NCBI GenBank assembly: GCA_963783575.1
Contig: CAWAOD010000004.1
Coordinates: forward strand, 258,056 to 322,055
From: an uncultured Spirochaetota bacterium
Lineage (GTDB): Bacteria > Spirochaetota > Brevinematia > Brevinematales > JAOACQ01
Reading direction: 5' to 3'
DNA: 64,000 bases
Every line of letters begins with the position of its first letter. The stretch's first letter is position 1. A program made the position numbers and the translations under genes. A model generated the notes under the pieces. The model was not told where the DNA came from, ran no database searches, and saw only the letters and a list, made by a program, of their open reading frames with translations. Shown one piece after another: positions 10,646-19,118 of the stretch.

Positions 10646-11269
10646 ATGTTTACGGGGATTATAAGGTATACAGGTGAAATTGCATCCGTTAAAAGCGCGG
10701 GGCAGGGAAAAAGGTTCCAGATCCGCACGGAGAGAGAATTTATCTCGCGGCTAGAAAAAGGAATAACAAGCGTATCGATCGACGGAGCCTGTCATACTGC
10801 CGAAGATACCAGTCCTGATAGTTTTACAACTTTTTCAAGCTTTGAGACAATCCGCAAAACCACAACAGGCCTCTTAAAAGGCGGCAATTATGTTAACCTT
10901 GAACTGCCGCTTACACCTGAAAGCCTTCTTGATGGGCATTTAGTCCAGGGTCATGTTGATGGAATAGGGACAATATCTTCTTTTAGAAAAAAAGGCGAAG
11001 CCTTTCTTTTCCGTTTTACGGCGGATCATAGTATAATAAAATACCTTGTGGAGAAGGATTCCATTGCCGTTGATGGAATCAGTCTAACATTATTTAATGT
11101 CGATGAATCTTCATTTCAGACCGCCATTATACCTGAAACAATACAAAAAACCACTCTTAATTGGAAAAGAGAGGGAAGCGCCGTAAATATTGAAATCAAT
11201 ATTTTTGCCAAATATGCTGAGAAGATCCTGAAAAACGGCAACAGTAAAATTGAGGACTTTGCCGGATAG
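10646..11269 (+). CDS. ribE: riboflavin synthase (alpha chain)
   Basis: MFTGII N-terminus, GHLVQGHVDG, SIAVDGISLT and VNIE motifs. Confidence 0.95.
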   Translation: MFTGIIRYTGEIASVKSAGQGKRFQIRTEREFISRLEKGITSVSIDGACHTAEDTSPDSFTTFSSFETIRKTTTGLLKGGNYVNLELPLTPESLLDGHLVQGHVDGIGTISSFRKKGEAFLFRFTADHSIIKYLVEKDSIAVDGISLTLFNVDESSFQTAIIPETIQKTTLNWKREGSAVNIEINIFAKYAEKILKNGNSKIEDFAG

Positions 11270-11340
11270 TTATGACATAATTTTCAAATTGACGGATCAA
11301 ATTATAAGATAAAATTCATTCAGTTCAAATTTATATTCAT

Positions 11341-11859
11341 TCAGCCGGAAACTTTATTCAAGCAATAAATAATCTCTCCAACATACATTCTATGATAATC
11401 CTTATCCGGGTAATTTTTGTTTATATTTTTGTCCAGAAATTTAGACGGATCGATATCCTGGTAATAGATTTTTTTGCATCCCAGAATAAGCATAGCTTCA
11501 TTAAAGTACAAGGTTTCTTTCATATCAAAAGCCGGGTTTAATTCTTCAACAGCCATTTTGTTGACATTCCTGCCGGAATTTATACCGCAGTATTCAAGGG
11601 TTTTTCTATATGATTCATCAAAGAAATTTAAAGTAAAATAGCTTGATTTTTCAACAAATTCATACGTATACCTTCCGGGACGGATAAAACAGAAGCAAAC
11701 TTTTTTGCCCCAGAGAACCCCCATTCCTCCCCAGCTTGCGCACATCATATTATATGAATCGATATTACCGGACGCAATCAGCATCCATTTTGTCCCTATC
11801 ATATCAAAAACATTTCCGCCGATGGATTCAGGATTTTTTTTCAAAAATATCTTATTCAT
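11341..11859 (-). CDS. flavin reductase-like protein (flavoredoxin type)
   Basis: NMMCASWGGMGVLW, RPGRYTYEF, SGRNVNK and HRMYVGEI motifs. Confidence 0.85.
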   Translation of the reverse strand: MNKIFLKKNPESIGGNVFDMIGTKWMLIASGNIDSYNMMCASWGGMGVLWGKKVCFCFIRPGRYTYEFVEKSSYFTLNFFDESYRKTLEYCGINSGRNVNKMAVEELNPAFDMKETLYFNEAMLILGCKKIYYQDIDPSKFLDKNINKNYPDKDYHRMYVGEIIYCLNKVSG

Positions 11860-11943
11860 AGAAACTCATCCTTATTATAATGAATTTAGACAATGTCTCA
11901 ATTACCATTTTAACAATGAATTAAGAACATATTTAGGTCAATT

Positions 11944-13080
11944 TTATAATGATTTCTGTTCATTGTCAACTATTAACTTTCCTTTTTCATAAAAAAGTTT
12001 GCCGTCGGCATATATCTTTCCTTCATCGCGCATATCGCAGAGCATATCCCAGTGTATTACAGAACGGTTCATGCCCCCGGCTTCGATCATCGAATCTCCA
12101 AGAGCCAGGTGCACAGTACCACCGATTTTCTCATCGAAAAGCATATTCCGTGTGAATTTTTTTATTTTATAGTTTGTGCCGATAGCCACTTCACCGAAAA
12201 ACTTTGCCCCTTCATCTGTTTCCAGAAGGGTTTTTAAGAGGTCTTCACCTTTTTCAGCAGCGGCTTTTATTACTTTACCCGACTTTACTTCTAGATAAAT
12301 TCCCTCTATCATTCTATCCATATAAATTCCCGGAAAACTGAATGTAATATGTCCATCGATCCCGTTTTCAACGGGCGACGTAAATACCTCGCCATCGGGA
12401 AAATTCTCGGTTCCGCTGCAGTTTATCCATTTCCTGCCCTCAATGTTTACCGTCAGATCTGTGTTTTCCGATACTATGCGAAGGGATTTTTTTGAATCAA
12501 GATACTCAACATATTTATCCTGGTTCCTTCTAATTTTAATCCATTCAGCGATAGGATCGTCCAGGTCGAGGTATCCCGATCCGTAAACAAAATCCTGGTA
12601 TTCGGATAAACTCATTTCGGATTCCTGTGCATCCGCCTGAGTGGGGTACTGAGTTCCGCACCATCGCAATGAACCGTTCCCAACCCTCTCGGTATAGATT
12701 TTCCGCCATTCTGCCGCACCTTTCATTGAAAGCTGCAGCTTTCCGGGATTGATATTCGTTTTTGCCCTTGTATTCTTTGATGCCCAGGCAGTCAGCCAGA
12801 CATCGGCTTTTTCAACGGCGTATTTTTGTATTAATCTGTCATGAACCAATTGCTCATCACTTCCATATTTCAATAAATTCTCAGATACTTCCGGCTGATC
12901 AACAAGTGTTTCGACATGAGCGCCTGCCTTGATTGCTTCGGCCGCAACGGCCTCAATCCACTCAAGAGCCGCGTCTTCGGCCTGGACAACAACAAAATCT
13001 CCCGGTTTCACTTTTGCGGAATAATTCACAAGAACACCGGCTAATTTTTTTAATCTCGGATCGGTCATAATATTCTCCAT
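11944..13080 (-). CDS. aminopeptidase, peptidase M29 (AmpS/AmpT type)
   Basis: NFPDGEVFTSP, GEVAIGTN, LFDEKIGGTVHLALG and HWDM motifs. Confidence 0.92.
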   Translation of the reverse strand: MENIMTDPRLKKLAGVLVNYSAKVKPGDFVVVQAEDAALEWIEAVAAEAIKAGAHVETLVDQPEVSENLLKYGSDEQLVHDRLIQKYAVEKADVWLTAWASKNTRAKTNINPGKLQLSMKGAAEWRKIYTERVGNGSLRWCGTQYPTQADAQESEMSLSEYQDFVYGSGYLDLDDPIAEWIKIRRNQDKYVEYLDSKKSLRIVSENTDLTVNIEGRKWINCSGTENFPDGEVFTSPVENGIDGHITFSFPGIYMDRMIEGIYLEVKSGKVIKAAAEKGEDLLKTLLETDEGAKFFGEVAIGTNYKIKKFTRNMLFDEKIGGTVHLALGDSMIEAGGMNRSVIHWDMLCDMRDEGKIYADGKLFYEKGKLIVDNEQKSL

Positions 13081-13231
13081 AAGTTTTTACTAAATTAAGC
13101 GGTTCTTTACTCTTACATTAAAAAGATTTAGTCGATTCTTATAAGAGAATTTTAATAAAAATCGCTCACTTCAAGTTATATTAGCATAGATTTTAAAAAT
13201 AAATCCTAAAAACAGCAAAAATTTTTATAAC

Positions 13232-13266
13232 CTGACATAGTATTGTCAGTGAAAGTAAGTTATAAT
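13232..13266 (+). promoter_or_regulatory. palindromic operator CTGACA-N6-TGTCAG plus -10 TATAAT
   Basis: CTGACATAGTATTGTCAG at 13232-13249, then TATAAT at 13261-13266 (11-bp spacing, same as at 8146-8182). Confidence 0.65.
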
Positions 13267-13337
13267 TAGTCGAAAGTCATTTAGTTAAATAGTCAGCTAG
13301 TCAAATTCGACTTTCGACTGATGTTTTGGAGGCATTT

Positions 13338-13757
13338 ATGGCATACGGCGCCTTAACGGATAAAAACTTAAAGCCGGATGATGAATCAGTTCATAACTGC
13401 CTGGCTTCAGCTGAGGTATATTGGAATTCACTGGTTCAAAACATTACCGATAATTATAAAGCCGGCGGGGAATGGAAATATTACGGTAAGAATTACGGTT
13501 GGGCTCTCGGGTTTAAAAAATCCGGAAAGGCTTTAATTTCACTTTTCCCGGCAAAAGATTACTTTACTGCACTTATAATTTTAAATAGCAAACAGGCGGA
13601 AAATTCTCTGAAAGAAGGATTAAATCCAAATACATTAAAGCTCATTGAAAAAACACCGCGGATTTATGAAGGCCGGTGGATTTTCCTTCCTGTAAAATGT
13701 GAAGAAGACATTGCTGATATTAGAATATTATTAAAAATCAGAACTTTAAAAATATAA
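13338..13757 (+). CDS. DUF3788-family protein
   Basis: EWKYYGKNYGW...EGRW...IKIR-like pattern; ATG at 13338 follows a GGAGG RBS (ORF track starts at 13326). Confidence 0.75.
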   Translation: MAYGALTDKNLKPDDESVHNCLASAEVYWNSLVQNITDNYKAGGEWKYYGKNYGWALGFKKSGKALISLFPAKDYFTALIILNSKQAENSLKEGLNPNTLKLIEKTPRIYEGRWIFLPVKCEEDIADIRILLKIRTLKI

Positions 13758-13769
13758 TGGAGGGCATTT

Positions 13770-14396
13770 ATGTCCGTACTTGAAAAAATCGCATATTATC
13801 AAAACCGCAGGGACGAAGTCCCTAACCAGGAACTTGCAAAAGAACTGGCTTCTAAAGGAGACATTAAAGGGATCAAGGAAATAGCCCAAAATCTCTGGAA
13901 CAAAGACAAAAATATCCAGAGCGATTGCCTGAAAGTTCTTTACGAGACCGGTTATATCCGTCCCAATCTTATTGCCGAATATTACCTGGATTTTATAAAG
14001 CTTTTAAAAAGCAAAAATAACCGCATGGTCTGGGGCGCTATGATCGCTTTGTCAACGATAGCCGGCATAAAAGCGAATGAAATCTGGCCGTTTATAGATG
14101 ATATTATTGAAACAATGGAAGAAGGATCTGTCATTACAATCGACAACGCAGTTAAAACCATCTCGAAAATTGCTTCGACTTCAGGTGAGTACAGGCAAAA
14201 GCTATTTCCCATACTTATCAACTGCCTTAAAACCTGCATACCCCGAGATGTTCCGCGTCATGCCGAGAGCATTATTCTTGCCGTTGATGAGAACAATAAA
14301 GATGAATTCATCGATACAATCGAATCAAGGATGGCTGAATTCAAACCGGCCCAGCTCCCGAGGATTAAAAAGATATTTATAGCGCTTAAAATGTAA
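13770..14396 (+). CDS. conserved alpha-helical (HEAT/ARM-like) hypothetical protein
   Basis: RRDEVPNQELA, SDCLKVLYE and NNRMVWGAMIAL conserved-looking segments; GGAGG RBS. Confidence 0.7.
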   Translation: MSVLEKIAYYQNRRDEVPNQELAKELASKGDIKGIKEIAQNLWNKDKNIQSDCLKVLYETGYIRPNLIAEYYLDFIKLLKSKNNRMVWGAMIALSTIAGIKANEIWPFIDDIIETMEEGSVITIDNAVKTISKIASTSGEYRQKLFPILINCLKTCIPRDVPRHAESIILAVDENNKDEFIDTIESRMAEFKPAQLPRIKKIFIALKM

Positions 14397-14474
14397 TAAC
14401 ATTGTTTAAAAATAAAATTGATAATCTTATGAAATAGCGGTATATTTAGTAAAATTATCTTATTGGGGCGTAAT

Positions 14475-15122
14475 ATGAGTTCTTTTATTTCCGGAAATAT
14501 GTTAATTCGCCTGGGCGGTTTATCCTTCATCACTTCCTGTATCGGCTTTATATTGTTCCTTGTTCTCTATGGTATTTTTTTACCGGTTAATACTGATAAT
14601 TCCAACTATACCGGTCTATTGCTAAATAGAAACTGGATATGGGTAAATTTAATTCAATTATTCGCCATTATTACCGGAATATTCGGTACATTTGGATTGG
14701 TCGTTGGTTTAATTGAGAATTTACAGTGGTTAGGATTGGTTGGGTTGATTATTACGGTTTCCGGATATGTTTTCATGACCGGTACTTCATTTACGGAAAC
14801 ATTCGCATGGTCAACTCTTGCGCAGTTCATAACTCCCGAACAAATTATGCAGCCAGCCGGACAAACTTTGAAAAATACTCCATTCATTACTGCCTCAATG
14901 GTTGGTTTTCATTTGTTTGCGATTGGATATTTTCTGATTGGTTTGGGGTTGTTTCTTAATACTACCTCCCCAAAATGGTTGCCATTATGCCTGATGGCAG
15001 GAAGTTTTTTGTTTTCATTAAGTTTTATTATTGGAGGTACAATCCGGTATAAATTGAATCCGCTTGCAGCATTAATAATGTTAGGAGGGCTCATTCCTTT
15101 AGGAATTAAGTTGCTCAAATAA
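14475..15122 (+). CDS. hypothetical integral membrane protein
   Basis: About 6 hydrophobic segments; ATG at 14475 (ORF track starts at 14463). Confidence 0.65.
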   Translation: MSSFISGNMLIRLGGLSFITSCIGFILFLVLYGIFLPVNTDNSNYTGLLLNRNWIWVNLIQLFAIITGIFGTFGLVVGLIENLQWLGLVGLIITVSGYVFMTGTSFTETFAWSTLAQFITPEQIMQPAGQTLKNTPFITASMVGFHLFAIGYFLIGLGLFLNTTSPKWLPLCLMAGSFLFSLSFIIGGTIRYKLNPLAALIMLGGLIPLGIKLLK

Positions 15123-15145
15123 CAATTCAAAAAATAAGCGGTATA

Positions 15146-15541
15146 TTATTTGTCGGGATCAATTCCTTTTTCAATCCAATCCAATGCAATCTGTTCCCAA
15201 TTTGGACTAGATGAAGAATCAATATAACGTGCTTTATCATATGTCCCAAACTCTTTTGCACGACGAATCATTTGCAATTTCATGAGTGAAGTTGGGACTA
15301 TGTTGACTGAACGTATCAATCCCTTTTGAACAACCGCTTTATAACAATTGTTAACTGCTCCTTGAGATTCAGCTGGCATTGGCTTTCCATTTATTAGATT
15401 AATCAATATACTAATACTGCCATCAAAACTATCAAGAACCTTCATAAAATCCACTGCAAACTTCTTTGCTATTTCTTCGTTCATCATTCCATCAAAAGAT
15501 AACATTATACCGTAAGGTTTCTTTTCGATTGCGTAAACCAT
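15146..15541 (-). CDS. hypothetical protein (possibly STAS/SpoIIAA-like fold)
   Basis: 131-aa ORF with GGGG-rich RBS; alternating alpha/beta pattern. Confidence 0.6.
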   Translation of the reverse strand: MVYAIEKKPYGIMLSFDGMMNEEIAKKFAVDFMKVLDSFDGSISILINLINGKPMPAESQGAVNNCYKAVVQKGLIRSVNIVPTSLMKLQMIRRAKEFGTYDKARYIDSSSSPNWEQIALDWIEKGIDPDK

Positions 15542-15975
15542 TACATCCCCCTTTCTTAATCGTATTTGTCAATGTAAAACTTTAATAAAACCACATAATC
15601 CGTTGTTATTCCAGGATATTTTCCGGAATTAAAAGCTGTTTGCATACTTTTACATAACTCGAGAGACTGTCGTAAAAGTAGATTTCTAAAATATTTTTAT
15701 TGGATAATATAGAGCTAAAACGGTAATTTACGAAATTGCATGAAGTTATTTATTGTAATTTTTTGAAAAAGAAAAGTCAAGGCATATTATATTAAAATAA
15801 AATGTTTCTTAACTTAGAGTGAGGAGAAAAGCATGAAAGGTGGAGTCAAAGTATGGGGTAATTAAATAAAAACTCGTCTGAATATGAATCACAAATTTAC
15901 ATAGGAGGTACAATTTGGTATAAGAATCCGATTGCAGCATTAATAATACCCGCATTTAACAATCATTATATTTGC

Positions 15976-16362
15976 TTATCTTGCTAATTTGATAAAAGAA
16001 GTCCAAGTAATATAACCACCCATAACAATAACAAATAAACCGAATGCAAATCTTAAATAAGCGGTATTGATTTTTAAAGCAATTTTTGAGCATATCCATG
16101 CTGAGATAAGAAGTGAAATAGCAATGATTACAGCAGCTTTAATGTCAACATGACCGTTACGATAGTATTCAAAAGCAGAAGCAATGCTGACAGGCAATAT
16201 AAGAACAAAAAGGTTAGTCCCTACAGCCGTTTGCTGGGAAAAACCAACAAGATATACCAGAGCCGGGATAATAATTAATCCCCCCGCAAGACCGAAGAAA
16301 CCAGTTGTAGCGCCTGAAGCTATGCCAATTAAAATTAATAAGATATATTGATAATAATTCAT
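15976..16362 (-). CDS. TauE/SafE (sulfite exporter) family, half-size protein
   Basis: GFFGLAGGLIIIPALV...QQTAVGTNL motif. Confidence 0.85.
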   Translation of the reverse strand: MNYYQYILLILIGIASGATTGFFGLAGGLIIIPALVYLVGFSQQTAVGTNLFVLILPVSIASAFEYYRNGHVDIKAAVIIAISLLISAWICSKIALKINTAYLRFAFGLFVIVMGGYITWTSFIKLAR

Positions 16363-16509
16363 AAATTCTCCTTATGAAAAGTCCCTTTTTTTGAATAGAA
16401 TTAAAATCTTCAAATATTTACATAATCTAGGGAGTGGTAAATCAATATACTCAATCAATTAATCACCATTCCTATAAATTTATAAAAAATTTATTTACCG
16501 GTATATCCA

Positions 16510-16671
16510 TCAGGTTTTGAGAGGTTCATTAAATGACTCATAAGCAGTATAAAGCATAGTATTCCCGTCATAAGGATGTTCTTTTATTTTTCCATGACAT
16601 TCCACAACTTGTTTTTCACTGCATTCTTCATTTTCAAGCCTGCAGTTACAATCACAATTACTTTTATCCAT
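16510..16671 (-). CDS. small Cys/His-rich protein (53 aa), possible metal-binding peptide
   Basis: Manual translation MDKSNCDCNCRLENEECSEKQVVECHGKIKEHPYDG...; GGAGG RBS; directly downstream of arsR. Confidence 0.6.
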   Translation of the reverse strand: MDKSNCDCNCRLENEECSEKQVVECHGKIKEHPYDGNTMLYTAYESFNEPLKT

Positions 16672-16723
16672 TTTTTCCCTCCTTTTTTTGACAAGATTTA
16701 ATTTCGTCTTCTGAACAACTACC

Positions 16724-17011
16724 TTAACAATGACGTATTTGGGATGCGATGTTTATGATTTTATTCGCAGTGTCTTTTAACATTTCCTTATCTGCATAAT
16801 AATGTGTAAAATATCCTCTTTTCTCACCTTTTATGACACCTGCTTTTCTTAATACCTGAAGATGCTGAGAAACAGCAGCTTCTGAAATACCAATATTTCT
16901 TGCCAAGGCTCCTACACAAAAATCATTCGTCAATAAAAGAGTTAAAATTTTCATCCGCGTTTCATCAGCCAGAGCTTTTAAAACTTTAAGTAATTGATTC
17001 ATTATATACAC
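16724..17011 (-). CDS. ArsR/SmtB-family transcriptional regulator
   Basis: KALADETRMKIL...CVGALA...AVSQHLQVLRKAG wHTH; possible true start at ATG 17002. Confidence 0.92.
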   Translation of the reverse strand: MYIMNQLLKVLKALADETRMKILTLLLTNDFCVGALARNIGISEAAVSQHLQVLRKAGVIKGEKRGYFTHYYADKEMLKDTANKIINIASQIRHC

Positions 17012-17020
17012 ACCATTTAA

Positions 17021-17069
17021 TTAAGTATATACTTAAATATATAATATCATACTTAATTAATTTTGTCAA
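17021..17069 (-). promoter_or_regulatory. sigma70 promoter (TTGACA-N17-TATTAT) and perfect palindrome TTAAGTATATACTTAA, a likely ArsR autoregulatory operator
   Basis: -35 at 17064-17069, -10 at 17041-17046, 16-bp palindrome at 17021-17036. Confidence 0.7.
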
Positions 17070-17285
17070 TAGTGTTATATTAAAATTTTTGAAGTATCAA
17101 AATTCATTTTAAAAATGAAAATTCTTGTATATTAAAATTTTATTATCTGTTTCCGGTAATCATAAATTTCCAGCATAATATAGATTATAAGCCGTAACTC
17201 ATCAAAATTAGCAAAATTTTAATTATTGATTTAGAATATACAAAATAAAATCCCAAAGTTGAAATAAAAACCCTGGAGCAAAACA

Positions 17286-18317
17286 ATGATTCCAAAAGGA
17301 ACGTTTACAGCTATCGGCAGTTTTCCGCATACTAATATTAATAAAATTACTTCAATCATAATTGATGCTTTCACGGACATGCCCGTATGGCCTCAATTGC
17401 CGAAGACCGGGTTCATGGAAAACATGTATGTCCAGTTCAGCGAGGGCCTTCCATGCATAAAAATCGATGAGAATAATCAAAAAATTCATTTTGATACATC
17501 GAATAATATATTCGAAGCAATCCAGCCGGTGTATGAAAACTTCCTTGCCGAAAACTATGATCACTTTGCGGTCACGGAAAAATACGCGATCGGATTGTAT
17601 CATTTCAGGGACCGGATGGAGAAAAAGGGGAAAGCTCCTTTTGTAAAGGGCCAGATTTTGGGACCTGTCAGCATGGGGCTTACGCTCACGGATGAAAACA
17701 AAAAATTGATAATCTATAATGAACAGATCACCGACGCCATAGTAAAAACACTGGTCTGCAAGGCGGTCTGGCAGGCCCGGTTCCTCCAGAAATATGGTGA
17801 AAAACCCGTGATTTTTATCGACGAGCCCTATCTTGTGTCGTTCGGCTCGGCTTATATAAACCTGTCACGCGAACAGGTAATAACTATGCTTAATGAAATC
17901 ATCGACCCCCTTCACAAAATTGGTGTTGTCACCGGCATTCATTGCTGCGGTAATACAGACTGGTCGATTCTTACCGATACGAACGTCGACATTATAAATT
18001 TCGACGCTTACGATTATTCCGACGGTATCATGCTTTATCCGGAAAAAATAAACGGATTTTTAAAATCCGGAAAATATCTTGCCTGGGGAATCGTGCCGAC
18101 TTCCGAAGAAAAGATAGGCAAAGAAACCGCAAACAGCCTGCTTGAGAATCTTGTTAAAAAACAGGAGAAGCTTGCTACGCTCGGTGTTGAAAAGGATAAA
18201 ATCACAAATAACATCATACTGACGCCGTCCTGCGGAACCGGGTCGCTTTCCGAGACTGCTTCGGAAAAAATAGTGAAGGTTTTAAAAGAACTATCTGAAT
18301 TATATAAAGAAAACTAA
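17286..18317 (+). CDS. folate-independent 'core' methionine synthase (methylcorrinoid:homocysteine methyltransferase, MesB-like)
   Basis: Single MetE C-terminal-like barrel of 343 aa with TAIGSFPH, WPQLP, KGQILGP, FIDEP, IHCCG and TPSCG (Zn ligands). Confidence 0.8.
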   Translation: MIPKGTFTAIGSFPHTNINKITSIIIDAFTDMPVWPQLPKTGFMENMYVQFSEGLPCIKIDENNQKIHFDTSNNIFEAIQPVYENFLAENYDHFAVTEKYAIGLYHFRDRMEKKGKAPFVKGQILGPVSMGLTLTDENKKLIIYNEQITDAIVKTLVCKAVWQARFLQKYGEKPVIFIDEPYLVSFGSAYINLSREQVITMLNEIIDPLHKIGVVTGIHCCGNTDWSILTDTNVDIINFDAYDYSDGIMLYPEKINGFLKSGKYLAWGIVPTSEEKIGKETANSLLENLVKKQEKLATLGVEKDKITNNIILTPSCGTGSLSETASEKIVKVLKELSELYKEN

Positions 18318-18327
18318 GGAAACAAAA

Positions 18328-19101
18328 TTGTCAAAGTTGATAGGCTTCATAGGTAAAGGCGGAACGGGAAAATCCACAATATCAGCGCTGGTCTTAAAGC
18401 ATGCCCTTAATTCCGGCGTTAAGCCCATCCTGGTAATCGACTCCGATCCGAACAGCTGCCTTGGAGAGCTCCTCGCGCTCAGGGTAGAATCGACAATCGG
18501 CAATATTAAGCAGGATTTAATTAAAATGAAGAACGATGCAAGCGGTACTTCCATATCGAAATACGATTATTGCGAATATGCACTGAACAATTCCGTTATA
18601 GAATCAAACGGTTTCGATATGGTTGTAATGGGAAAACCGGCGGGTTCCGGATGCTATTGTATGATCAATAATGTCGTCCAGATTATGATAGAAAAACTTA
18701 AAAAGAACTACCGGGCGGTCATCGTCGATTGTGAGGCAGGTCTTGAGCACCTCAGCAGAAAGACGCTTGGAAATATCGATACCGCATTTATTATATCCGA
18801 CCTATCCAGAAAGGGTGTAGCCACAGGCATCAAGCAGGCCTGTATGATGAAGGAGCTTGATATCAAAACCGGAAAAAATTATCTGATTATAAATAATGTC
18901 ATGGAAAAGCCCGCTGAAGGATCTTACGAAGGACTGACAGGCGGTCTAAATAATACCGACCTTGAATTTGCCGGGTTTGTCAGGAATGATAAGAATATCG
19001 CGGAATTTGAAATGGCCGGGAAATCATTGCTGAATTTGCCGGGCAAGTGTATTGCGCTTAATGATATTGAGACAATTCTGGAAAAAGTTTCGGTTATTTA
19101 A
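18328..19101 (+). CDS. cooC: CODH/ACS nickel-insertion ATPase (CooC/AcsF)
   Basis: GKGGTGKST, IDSDPN, GCYC and DCEAGLEHLSR motifs. Confidence 0.92.
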   Translation: MSKLIGFIGKGGTGKSTISALVLKHALNSGVKPILVIDSDPNSCLGELLALRVESTIGNIKQDLIKMKNDASGTSISKYDYCEYALNNSVIESNGFDMVVMGKPAGSGCYCMINNVVQIMIEKLKKNYRAVIVDCEAGLEHLSRKTLGNIDTAFIISDLSRKGVATGIKQACMMKELDIKTGKNYLIINNVMEKPAEGSYEGLTGGLNNTDLEFAGFVRNDKNIAEFEMAGKSLLNLPGKCIALNDIETILEKVSVI

Positions 19102-19118
19102 TTATAAAAGAAGGTTAT

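Noticed and set aside
15645..15680. TACTTTTAC-N18-GTAAAAGTA inverted repeat and a GAGACTGTCGTAAAAG stretch resembling an IS end
   Set aside because: No transposase remnant or partner end recognised; short AT-rich arms could be chance.
17070..17285. Possible SAM or cobalamin riboswitch ahead of the methionine synthase/acs operon
   Set aside because: The region is very AT-rich and shows no recognisable conserved riboswitch core.
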